Shown here: positions 11,261 to 24,000 of the stretch, in pieces
Layout: each line of letters starts with the position of its first letter
Position numbering within the stretch: position 1 is the stretch's first letter
Assembly (NCBI GenBank): GCA_023334545.1
Contig: JAADVB010000125.1
Location: forward strand, 1-52,866
DNA length: 52,866 nt
Origin: Salisapilia sapeloensis CBS 127946
Lineage: Eukaryota; Protista; Oomycota
Reading direction: 5' to 3'
Made by a program: the position numbers and the translations under genes
Notes under the pieces: generated by a model
The model's database searches: none
Told to the model about the DNA's origin: nothing
What the model saw: the letters and a program-made list of their open reading frames with translations, nothing else

Positions 11261-11926
11261 CCTGCCCAAACGCAATGTATGAATAGAAAGAATAATATAT
11301 CGTCTAGAGCGAAAAACAAAATTTGACGGGGTGAAAAACTATGGACGCACAACACAAAAAGGTGAGTTTTTTTATTTCTTTTAAAGAATGCAATTGGATA
11401 AATTGTGTATGATAGATAGGTCCAGCTAATCAAGAGTAAATGACACAAATGCGACCGCATAAAGCAAAATGATGCTTATCAACTATTTGGCTATTTTATG
11501 AAAATTGGAGTTAAAGTTTGATGATCAGTCACGTACGAAAACGAGTTTTGGATAAAACGCTATTTTTTATTGCTATAATATAATGCGAAGTATAAGAACA
11601 GCTTTGCAAATGATCAATGTGGGCCTAATAGAAAGACATATTTTACCATATTAACCATACTAGCAGGTCCGCAGCTCCAATTTGACCTTACGGCTAACCA
11701 TAATACTAAATCATAATTTTCCATAGCGGAAAGACACTCTTTTTTATTGTTTCGTTTTCAGGGGAAATGTGAATATGAGTACGTTAGTTACATACAAATA
11801 ACGTAGAGATCAAGCGCTTTCGAATGATGTAAAAAACTCCAAATTTGTACTTTGGTTGATAAGCATCATATTCTTTTACGCGGTCTCATTTTATCCATCC
11901 CTACAACTAAGCGTTGGGCAGTCAGG
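11261..11926. mobile_element. Candidate degenerate non-autonomous TA-flanked MITE-like element
   Basis: AT-rich non-coding block. Left end TA|CCTGCCCAAACGCAATGTATGAATAGAAAGAAT; right end reverse-complemented TA|CCTGACTGCCCAACGCTTAGTTGTAGGGATGGATAAAAT. These are imperfect ~35-bp inverted repeats needing small gaps, with TA on both flanks (11259-11260, 11927-11928). Confidence 0.4.
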
Positions 11927-12063
11927 TATCTTGAAACGGCGTATGATTCTAGCGTTTCAGTCGCGAAATGGAGACGTTTGGCAGAGCGAAGGGACGCCGA
12001 CCACGTACGAGTAGAGGGATTCACACACAAGGAAATGAAAAGATTTATGTCACACCAGAGGTG

Positions 12064-15000
12064 ATGAGTGGAAGGCTGGATGCGACCACTGCCACTCGAG
12101 AGGTAGATTGGATGTGAATAGTTGTCGATGAAGATGGTATTGATGCATGTGTAGCTTGCCAATCGATTGCACTTCCACTCGGGAGCTTCAAGTAGAAGTG
12201 GAGATATCCAGGTACGCTTTAGTATACTTGCCTAGCTATCTATAAGGGTGTTGAATTTACTTGCACCTGTACTAGGTTGTTAGCAGTACGGGACAAGTGA
12301 AAGCTCAGCGACCTTTACGACCCAAGTCAGCGATAGCCAGTATGTACTCTCATCGACTTTTTCTACATACGGCTAGCTGAAATCCGTTCCTTTCTAGTTG
12401 TGCGTCCACAAGCAAAGCATCGTACGCATACGATCTCTAATGCTGAAGAACCCGGCGCACAAGCGCGTAGCACAAATCAGGCTTCGAGTGAAAGCTTGAA
12501 GCAAGATGAGCTCCAGCTTGGGTCCTTCACAAATGAAAAGCGAAATGTGGGAAGCAATCAAACGGAAGACGAAGACTCTCGCCTATCACCTTTATCTGTC
12601 TTGCCTAACGTATCAGTGAAGCGTCCACAGACAGCAGCACCAACATTTACAAAGATAAAACTACGCACAAATTCAGCAGGAGTGGATAGACGTAGTATGA
12701 GGAAGATCGTTACTGCAAAACGCACAGGTAGCTTTCGTCTTTATATCATACAAAGAAGTAAAGATTGATGAGATGAATAGAGTCGAATGTGGTGAAGCAA
12801 AGGATGGAATTGAACACCACTGGGCAATTTAACAATACCTTTGCATACGCCATTCCGCTTCACTGCGTCGATCGCACTCGACTGTATAACCCCTACGATA
12901 TTGCCCTTATTTCTCACGTAATTTTCTTCTTTCATACAATAATGTACGGCATTGTATTCTGACTAGTGCACAGGAACACTTGTTTCCCAACTCGAATGGT
13001 AACCAAAAGTATGAAGCCCTATGCGATTACTACACCATCAGTTCCCAAGGATACACTTTCTATGCGAAAGATGACCACTTTCAAAGTTTCTTTTCCACTT
13101 GTGCAGATTGGGAGCGTCAGAAGAAGCAGTTTGATCATATGAGAGACCTAAAGACCTTTAAAACGTATTTCTAATGTTACATGAAGAATTATGTTTAACC
13201 GCTCATTCTCATGGATGGATGATATAGATTCCGATGTCGAAAAGTACTACTCGCATGGAAGCGAGATATCGTTCTAGATAAGATGACCGTTGCCAAGGAT
13301 CAGTTACTTTGCTCTTTGTTCCTTCTAGAGCCAACGCTATTGATGGGAATGCACAAGGTCTGGTCATTGCTTCGTGACGTTGAGCAAATGATACCGATTA
13401 TAGATTCTCAAGGCCAAACGATCACACTAGATGACTTTTCGTCGCGTCAAGTACATTCCTTTTCGTAGACTCAATGCTATTTTATTCTCATTATCAAGGA
13501 ATAGATGGAGCATATGCATGCCTTGTACGAAAAAATTCAGCGTATTGACAAGGACGTTTTTAATGCAGTGGTTGAGACAGCAGCTCAGTTTCTAGCAGAA
13601 GGAGAAAAGTCGATTCTTCCACCTAAGCTAACCGCGTTATATGAGCGCCCATCGTCGTCAAGATCATGGACGAAAGAAAAGAATGCTGCTAACTATTTTG
13701 TACGCAATCAAGAACGAGTAGCAAAAGCAGAGGCAATGCTGGAACGTCGCTTGAAACGTGAAGGCGTGAATGTGAGTCTCTTACCGTCTGGAAGAAAACC
13801 CAAGGTGTTTAAAGCAAGAGAAGTGGAAGGTGGACAGCCTGGTATACAGTGGACAAGGGCAGCGATGAAACGACGCAAGTGTGCTCGTCTTGCGGCATTC
13901 ATACGTTTACTTGACTACATGCGAATCGATATGTTCTATTTGCTTGTCCAGTCGATGTCAGAGTCGATATTCGATCGATATTGTCGAGGTACACATTCGT
14001 ATCAAGTATCCAAGTTACTGGATGGATCCATTTATTTACGAGCTTTCCATCATACGTATCAGTCGGAGCATAATACAGGTGAAGTACAAACTTTAAACAG
14101 AAGATGCGCAAAGGTAATTTTGTCTAGAGGACAAGTCAAGCGATTTCTGTACAACGCTTGGCAATGTGGTTTGCAGCCGACATCAGCTCCAGAGTCTAAT
14201 TTTACTACCGTGAAGAAACCTACTTTTCACTCGGGCACTTTTGATGAGCTTTTCGGAGCTCTACTAGATGCACGCTTCCCCGAAAACCAGGACGAGTTTA
14301 GTATCGATGAGCTTTTAAAAGTTGTGGAAGCTGATCTGTCTAGACTACTCGTCCTACCAGCGTTTCGTCCGGACGATACAATGTATGCTATGCCTGTCGT
14401 ACAGAAAGTCGTGAATGCGCTTGCGAATACACCGGCATTTGTCGTTCAGCTGTCTCTGAAGGAATGTAATGGTCTCAGCTCTGTGGACATTCAGCCACCG
14501 CTTTGGGAGATAACGTCAGTGACGGATAAAGCTGTGTCTGAACTACATTTGATACTGGAAAAATGCAAATTGCTTGCATTCTTTCCGGAGCTACATCAAT
14601 TTGCCGATGCAGAAGAGTACCGGAGTGACGTTCAAAGTAGTCCGCGCCGTCGGAGTAGTATTACAGGGGAGGCGCGACGTCGTTCGATTATCACAGGCAT
14701 CAGTCTAGCACACGATGTTGAAGAAATGACAGATAATAAGCCGTCTATGGTGTCAGCCTATGTGCAAGAACGGATAGAAGATGATACTCAGCTTCAGTCC
14801 ATTCAAAAGAGAATTGAGGGTTTGATTGAACAAACTGTTCAATCAATTGAAGATGTCGTATCCAAATACGACTCCTATCTCCTTTTGCACGAAGAAAATA
14901 AAGCCATGGATGTGTCTGATCGATGGGCACGATTTCGAAGTGAAGCGTATGATATACAAGATATGGTGAAGGACCTAGAAATGTATCGAAAGCAGGTATG

Positions 15001-18000
15001 TAGTGCCAGTGGATAGAGCAGCATATAATCAAAGTAGACTAAAGTCTGTGCTTGTGTGGTTATTTTTTAGATGGCGGATATTGAAAGCTTCAAGTCATCG
15101 CACATGGTCGGGTTTATACTACTGGATGCCGAACCTTTGAAGCAACAGCTTTTACCATCTGCACGATATTGTTACGAATCACTTTGTCGATTGTTTCCAG
15201 CTATGGCACAGGAGAAATGTACGATCTTCTTACAATTCTTAAGAGACGCAAGCCAAAAGACGAAAAAGCCGAGGACGAGCTCTCTTGATCTGTTTATGGC
15301 GTATCTTATCAATATCCAAGTAAGTCCACGTTGGATGATAATATGTATCCCGCATGCGTTGATTTATATCATTCATCTGTAGGAAATGGACGAAGTCATA
15401 CAAGACAAGGAATATGATTTAACATTTCTGATGAACTTGTTTAATATGCTGAAAGAGCAAGACATTATAATTCCATCCGAGACGTTGGACTTGTTTACAA
15501 TATGTGAACCAGAGCTAGAAGCATTGAAAGCACAAATAGGAACAGGTTTATTGTCAAGAGAGGCGGATTGCAAAGCTTATATTCCACTGCTTCAAGCAGA
15601 AACAGAAAAGGTAAGTTTCCATTCATGATCAGGACTCAGCTAAATTAATTATAGCAATCTAACGCACGAATGTATCTCCATAGCTGCAAAAGGATCTGGA
15701 ATGCCTTCAATCGAGTGCAAACTCTGTCTCGACCGATAGTACTCAGCTACATGAGATTAATGTAGCTTTGGACACCAATCGAGAGCTACAAGCACAAGCA
15801 GAGGTGCTGCAAAACCAGTCCATACGTATTTCCAAAATTGCATCTGTACTTGAAACTGTTTCCAGTCACCCGTGCCACCAAGTCCATGATTTGGGGGCGC
15901 TAACGGAGCAAATGTCCATTTCATTCCGCTTAAAGAATGATATATGGGAAAGTGTTTGTGAATCAACGAGATATCTTGATAGTATGGGGAACACGCGTTT
16001 GAAAGACATTGATTTGCAAAGTATGAATGAACTTGTCTTGCGGATTCGAAAGACATACGAACGTATTCAGCAGGAAACACCATATCTCGTGGAGGTAGAG
16101 GATTTGAAAAAGGCATTGCACATTCTCGAGCGACTCGAACCGGTTATACGTGATTTAAGAAATGAGCATATAACGCTGCATCACTGGTCCAAAATGGAGC
16201 ACAAGATGGAATGTTCCTTTACGACACGCATATGTAAGCGGAAAGATATAGCTGATGAATTAGGAAATACGGAGGAATGGATTGAAGTAGCTCATCTTGA
16301 TCTGCCTTTGAGATATATCCTAGACATCAATGCAACGGAATACTCTGGTGTCATACACCAGATATCCGAGGAAGCGTCTGCGGAAGCTGTTGTACGGGAA
16401 ACGTTTGAAAAGATTATTCGGGAATGGCAACGAAAAGAGCTTCCAATTGTGACCTTGAAAGACCGTCACAAGCGTGACGGGTTTGGCATTGGGGATTGCA
16501 AAGAATTATTGGCACTTGCTGAAGAAAGCGATATGCTACTTCGAGTCATGGATTCTTCTTCATACTCGAACGTCGTACAAGACAGGTTACCAGTTTTTAT
16601 GAAAAACCTTACCGTCGCAAAAGAGATGATTGAGTTACTGCAGATGGTACAGGCGCGGTGGGATGAAATACAACCTTTGTTTTCCCATGATTTTCGCAGG
16701 TTGTTCCCAGAAGCAGCAATGGCTTTCCAGAAAAGTGATGATGCGTGGAAAAAGATGACAAAGGAAATAGCAATGATGCCATCCTGTATGCGGTTTTGCA
16801 CCGACGAAGGCAATGATTCTGCTGTAAGAGATATACTAGCTGAGATGGAACTTGTCATGAAGGCTCTGCATGAGCACTTGGAGAGTAAGCGGACAACATT
16901 CGCACCTTTATATCGGCTGTCGACGTTGGAGTTGGCCTCGTTATTTACTCAGGTGAACGAAGCATCAACTGTACAGCGGTTTTTGTACATGCTTTTCGAC
17001 AACGTTCACCGTATCGTTCTCTCGGATAAGGACCAGAGTATCTCAAGTGTACGATTACTATATTGGATAGGATCGTAGCGATGGGTTATCTAAATGATAT
17101 ATGTGATTTGTAGGTTATTTCGAGTGCGTTCCCCCAATGGGAGAGTATCCATATGGGAATTAATTTAAAAGCCAGAGGACCGGTGGAAATATGGCTCAGT
17201 GCCGCATACAAACGTTTGTGTGAGCAACTGAAGCAATGTATGAAGAATGCCGTCAAGCTTTTGGAATGGGATGAAGAGATTGATCCTTCCAAATCGATTC
17301 AATGTGCATCTGAACTCATGAGACTACCGATGCAGGTACATTTCCCTTTAGGATCTATATTGAATCCAAAATTAACCATGTATATGCCAATGTACTAGTC
17401 TATCACTTTAGCTGATCATGTTAGACGATGCACGATCATCAATGATGTTTACAAAAACTCTAACAGCGCTAATGAAAAGTCATCGGCTCAATCAGCACTC
17501 TTGAAGCTCGAAGAGTATCATCAACATCTTCTTAAAGTGATGGACGATATGTTTTTGGATGAAAAAGCCTTGCACTCAAAGAAAGCTTTCTTACCATGGT
17601 TCATGACCTTGAAAAGCTGCCTTTTCGTTCAGCATGTCGAGTATCGTGATAGAATAGCTTCCTTGGCACAGGATCCAAGTCCGATAAATACAACTGTGCC
17701 ATGGGAACATCAGTTGCAGTACGAATTTGATGAGGCTGTAACAATGACGGATGAGGTGTATGTTCGTATTAATACGTTTGGACGTACATTCGGGTTTAAC
17801 TACGTTACTCCGAGCAACCTAAGTGTGTTATCATCTCAGAGCATACAACAGCTACTATCGATTGGAGCTTGCTTAAAACAGGCGCTAGGATGCTGCTTAA
17901 ATGGTCCAAAAGGAAGTGGAAAAGCTTTCGTGGCACAGCAATGCAGCCAATTGATGGGATGCATGTACTTCGAAGCACGTGTGCACCCGTTTGCTTCGTT

Positions 18001-21000
18001 AGCACAGGTGTTAAAGCTTTTGGCTGGAGCAGTTGTTAGCACCGGTGTCTTTTGCGCGCGATTACAAGCGTGGACAGATAGTACGCTTGGCATTGCCAAA
18101 TCATGCGCTTCACTCTTCATGCAAATACAGGAAGCGACACTTCAGCAACGCACAGTGGAGGGAATAGCGACATGTCCTTTAAGCGTTCACCGTGGCCTCG
18201 CATTATTTATCGCTCACTCCAATACCCCAGTCGATACTGCTGCCACTGACTTAGCGACAAAATTCTGCCACTACCGTAATTCCATCCACGTGATAACGCT
18301 TGTTCAGCTAAACGAAATGTGCCTCATTGAAACGATATTATGTTCACATGAAATCCAAGACCCAAAGACGGTATCTCATTGGATATGCTCTGTCAAAGAT
18401 CAACTTATTATGCTTTCAAGCATGCCTAGTCTTCTGTCATTTGCGTCCATCAAAAATATTCTTGCATCTACATTAAGGAAGACAACTCAACTAAGTCGTT
18501 GCCGAAGTCAATATGATTTTGCGACGTGTTTCTTAGCAGAGCTACGTATATTCTTGGCAGGAAAGATACCACAAAAATTGTATGATGAGTTACCAAGTAT
18601 ATGCACTTACGACTCCATAACTCTATCCGCTTCTTCTCCTGAAGAAGTATTAACGCTACAAGAACCTGATGTGACTGATTATACTAAATTTTCAGCTTAC
18701 TTTCACAGAGCTTGTGAGCAATTATGTCTTGAGAAACGAAGTGAGCTTTATAGGATGGTTTATGAAATGTGTGATGCGCTGGCATTATACAGAGGAGTAA
18801 CTATAACTGGAATTCACCGTAGTGGTAAATCTACCGCGTTAAAGGTATTGCATGAAATGCTCCATTATGCCTGCGAAGTTTATGAAGATGAGTTATTTGA
18901 CGATCGTGTACAGCTATGTACATTGCTACCACGATCACTTTCGTTGGACCAATTGTACGGCAGTTGGTACAGCCCAGACGGATTAAAGTCATCAGTACTG
19001 CATCAACCGATTACAAAAGCTAACGAACTTTATCAAGGAAATGGCAAACTGAATGAGAAGACCGTCGAGAATGTACCACCTTCTTTTTGTCAACTTGTGC
19101 AGATGAAGAGCTTTGTCGGTGTCATTTTTGATGGAGATTTAAACTCTACTTGGGTGGACAATGTTACGAATGTTCTCAGCCCGTTTGATTCACTCTCTCC
19201 ATGGCTTTTGAGGAGACAAGGAGATGTCAAATTTATTAGACAAGATACTTCCATCATACCACCCAATCTTCGCTTCATTTTCGAATCAGTCAGTTTGGAC
19301 CATGCGAGTCCAGTTGCACTTACTTCCGCTATCATATGCACGAATAAAATGATGCAATCAGATAGTGAAGACGAGAAAGGAAATCGTAAGGCAGATCTTT
19401 CATCCTATACTCTTGAAGATTCGCTGCTTCATCAATTTTTAATTAAACAGCAATGGAATATAACACAATCGAACACAACTCCTAGAATGAATGATCTTCT
19501 TCGAGAGTGGCTTGTAGAAAAGGAGGTCGTGATGAAAATACTCGACGTGCTATGTGACTATTTCCCTTCTTCACCTATCGGAAAGGTTCAACGGACAACA
19601 CATTTGTGCGTACTGCTCAGTGCATTAATGCCTTCTATCATTGCAGTCATCAATAAGATTCCAAAGCAACCGGCTCAGGTAGAGCAAGAGCGACAAGTGG
19701 TTGGAGCGACGATAATCTATTCCTTAGTTTGGGGTTTATGTGCTTGTAGTGGAGATTCTCAGCCGCTTCAGAGGATCATATCGGAGATGATCAAGTCTAC
19801 GTTTCTGGACGTGTCTGCAGTGTGGCAGCACAACGGGAGAGAATTTAGTATGTTCGACATGGTACTCGACACCGAGCGAGGTCGATTAATAAGTCCACAG
19901 ATTTTGCTTTCAAGCAAGTCCTATCAACTGGAAACTTTGCAGCATAGTAACTCATGTCAATTTATTCCGTCGAGTCGAAGTATCGCTATCCATGCGTTAA
20001 TGGGTAAAGTCATGGAAAGCCACCAATCCATGATGCTAATTGGTGACTCACGATCTATGAAGACGACTCTTATGAAGAACTATCTCACCCAAATCGACGA
20101 AGTGGAGAGCAGCATTAAAAACGCTAGCCTACTATCTTTTAGTTCGAAAGAACAAAATGCCGGAATTGGCGATGAATTAGCCACTACTTCAGCTAGCACT
20201 TCATCGGAAAACTCCACAGTATTTGCGTCTACGAGTAGAGTTCGCTTTCATCAACTAGCCGTTGTTACCAAGTTAGCTGCTCGATTTCGAAAGCTGAGTA
20301 AACCGACGAATCAACTCCATGGGCAAAACCTTACTAAATCCACAGACGTGTCGATTCGACCATCTACATACTATGTTCCCTTTTACTACGCACTGTCGAG
20401 CACTGAGTCTAGCATTTCGAGCTTAGCCAGGTGCTTGGATAGAATGCTTCAGAGAGAACGTCGTGGTATTTATGAACCTCCTCCAGGAAAAATAGCACTG
20501 TTCTATGTAGATGATTTGCATTTGCCACCTGATGAGGCGTATCCAAGTGTTCATGAGTATCTCAGATCCGTCATTGAAACTCAGACAGTGTACTCTGTGG
20601 ATCATACCAATGCAAAGATATCAATTCATGACCTTATAACGGTCACGTCTTTATCTTCCAATTCCTTCTTCGAACCTAACATCAAGACTGACCTAATAAA
20701 AGCAACTAAAACGCTTTTTCCGATCCAAATTCCACCTGCAGATCACTTGGAAATCCATACCATGTTTGCAACTATACTATACACAGCATGGAATAGATCG
20801 TCAATGTCCATCGAACGCTTGTCCCAGGAAGTCAGACGTGCTGTACCTTTACTTGTAGCTGGAACATTAATACTCTGGGAGCGACTATGTTCCCTTACCT
20901 CGAACTTGCAGCAACCAAAACGGTTTTTTAATCTCCATCAGCTGGCTCATATATTCAAAAGTATTAGCCGCGTGGAGCCATCCTACTTGAGTGACTTTCC

Positions 21001-24000
21001 TACTCTCGTGCGCTTGTGGGAACATGAATGTTTATGCACCTTTAGCGATTCTGTAGCTAGTTACGCCAAAACGCGTCAAGAAATAGTCGGGGAAGTAAAA
21101 ATGATGAAGCGAAATATTGAGTCGATTGAGCGTCGCCAATGGGAGCATCGAAAGGAAAATGGTAATTCTATTGTAGTGTCTACTGCAGCAACAGCGTCGC
21201 TGGGACGATCTCAAAAATCATCCGAAGTACCTACGACTGTAAACGGCTATCTAAATCATCTATCAAAGATGGCTAATGAGCAATGCTCAATACGAAATCC
21301 TCCATTGTTTCAAGGGAGAGCGTCACTGCGGCGGCTTCGTGCTGCTCCAGATGTGAGTAATCAAGCAGTGGTATCTTCTCGTACGACGGAGGCAAGTATG
21401 TGGGCGCTTGTTATTAGCGATATGTACTACGCTATAGTAGAAGATCGACATAACGAGATGGATAATTCTGGTCAAGATGATAGGCGATTACGCAGAAGTA
21501 GCATTGCACTCATTCGTAAGAGTACTTTAAATCTAAAAGCAGCTACCATGAAATACTTGAAGCAGCGTACATATGCAGAAGTGTACACGGACGTGACTCC
21601 ACGAGATGTGATCCACAATCGGATGCAATTGTTCTACGATGCATTTTTGTACTACAGCACTCAACATGGTACAAAACGGAATATTCCAGGCCAATTTTTA
21701 GCATTGGCGAGTGGAGCGAAAGCTACCAATGTCATAAAACCTCAGATTTCCACTGATATGGTAAGTTACTTTTACAGAATATCCTGTCCACATCAATTTA
21801 CAATTCATCCGTAAATGTAGGCAGAGCGGATAGCAAAGATAGAGCGTGTGCATTGTATGCCTGGTTCCAAGCTACTGCTTGTAGGAACACATGGATCGGG
21901 ACGAGAAGAGATTGTTCGATACATCACTTCTCTAAATTCGGAACAGAAGATTTTAACTTATGAACCAGTCGACTGTCTTACTACAACACGAAGAGTTTGG
22001 TATAAACTGCTCAAGGAAATTTTTTATCGAATAGGAGTTGACTGTCAGGATGTGACGCTTCTGCTCCGACACATAGATGACTTGCCATCTGACATTGCTA
22101 CCGATTTGCTATGTTTAAGTTCATCCGGAGATATTTCCAGTCATTTTACGCTAGAGGAACAGATCGAGCTGACAGCGAACGTGCGAGATGAAAAGTTGGT
22201 CTATCTAGAAAACGAACGGGAACGTGCTCTTCGCGAGATTTCGTATAGGAACGAAACGCAGATGAATGAAGCAATCAATGAATGGAAGTTAGAGAATGCA
22301 GAAGCTTCTACATCAGAAGAACAAATTGCGTTCCAAGATATCGAACGGAATTTCGAGCAACTGTTGCTACGAAATGAAAGAAAGGTTAAACTTCGCTTCC
22401 AACAGGAGTTTGATGATTATCACCGTCATGCTGAAGTCGAAACGGACAATATGACATCTACAATCATGTCTTTGATGCGCCCACTCGGCATAACAAGTGG
22501 AAAATGGCAAAAGATTGTTGCTAGCGTGAGACAGAAGCTTCATATTATTATTTGCGTCGACCAAGCAGAGTATACACAGGTGCAAGAGATATATCCAACC
22601 TTGACTGCTACCTATGCATCAATAGATCTACCGCGGCTTCGTGTGGATGATCTACAATCCATCGTTCATGGCCACTTGTGCGCAGAGCTTCAGCAATGTC
22701 GAAAAGAAATGTTGAATTCATTTGCAAATGGCGAAGGTCACTCGCAAGGTTTTGGTATCAAACAAATACTCTCCGAATTGGATCAAAAGCTACAGCTAGT
22801 TGCACGTGTAGTAGCTGAGATGCACACAAGTGCTAGAAAAAGTATTAAGACAGGTTATGCACTTCAGACCAAAGCTGCATTAAAAATTCCTGCTTACTTT
22901 ACCCGCATCTTGATATATCTCTACAACCAGGAAATAGCATCGCTTGAACGGTCTGAACGTGTGGTGCACAGTTGGGACGTTGTTCAAACTCAACTAAACA
23001 ATTTCAAGCTGGAGCATGAACAACAAAAACAGAAGCTAAAGGAGTTAGAACAAAACATTATCCAAAATAGTGCATGTGAAGGTGAACTTAAATTGCTTCT
23101 AAAGCAGCACGAAGCCATTGAGCTAGAGCACAGAATCACAGTTGACAAAGAAACAGAGGTAATGTATGAAATCGAAGCGCAAGCACAACGCGAGTTGCGC
23201 ATACCTCTCCAAATTCTAGACGAAGCAAATGATGCTCTTTCACAACTTGACAAGAGGCATGTCGTCGAAATCAAGTCATTTACAAACCCACCGGCACTCG
23301 TATGTCTTGTACTGGAAGCAGTTTGTGTTCTGTTTAATTTGGAGTCGACCTGGGGCCACGCACGTCGGCTGTTGCATGACTCAAACTTCGTGCAAAAAAT
23401 GTTGACATTTGATAAGGACGCTATATCAGATGAGGTTATACAGACGTTAGAGCAAAACTATCTCCAGCATCCTCAAATGACGAAAGAAGCAGTGGAACGA
23501 CAGAGCGTTGCAGCGGGTAAAATGGTTCAGTGGGTACGAGCCATGCATCAATATGCTGTCATTAAAAAGCAAGTACTTCCGACAGTAACGCTACTGGAGG
23601 AGGCTCGTGAACGTCTAAAATCTGTACAGCATAAATTCTACGTAAGCAAAGAACAAGCAGAGGAAACAAGGGCATCAGTTTTGAAATGCACTGAAGGCTT
23701 AAATGCAAGTAGAGGTACCCAAAAGGAGTGCATCGACAGTATAGAGCTGCTGAACATGCAGATGAAACATGCAACAGACGTGTTAAACGAGTTGCAAGTT
23801 TATGCTGAAAACCATAGAGATATCATTCAAAGCGTGCAAATTGGACAATCTCAAGGTGTAATTTGGTGGAATGCGCTTTTCTATGCTGGATTTATTTCCT
23901 ACAACGCTTACATTGAGAATGCTAACAAACTTTTCAGCGAGTGGGAGCGGATTTACTGGACCTTGTGTACTAATGAAGACACGAGAAGGCATATTCGGTG

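Noticed and set aside
10772-12162. ORFs 10772-11077, 11254-11460, 11852-12064 and 11866-12162
   Set aside because: Non-ATG starts, no motifs, and they lie in intergenic or candidate-MITE sequence or overlap dynein exons.
12156-12166. TTGCCAATCGA shared with 47131-47141 as a possible ciliary promoter motif
   Set aside because: The 12156 copy falls within predicted dynein coding exon 2; two copies of an 11-mer are not persuasive.
12147-12211. Alternative dynein start at ATG 12147
   Set aside because: Also in frame with a different acceptor (12286), but the ATG 12064 model gives typical 52- and 64-nt introns. Not fully excluded.
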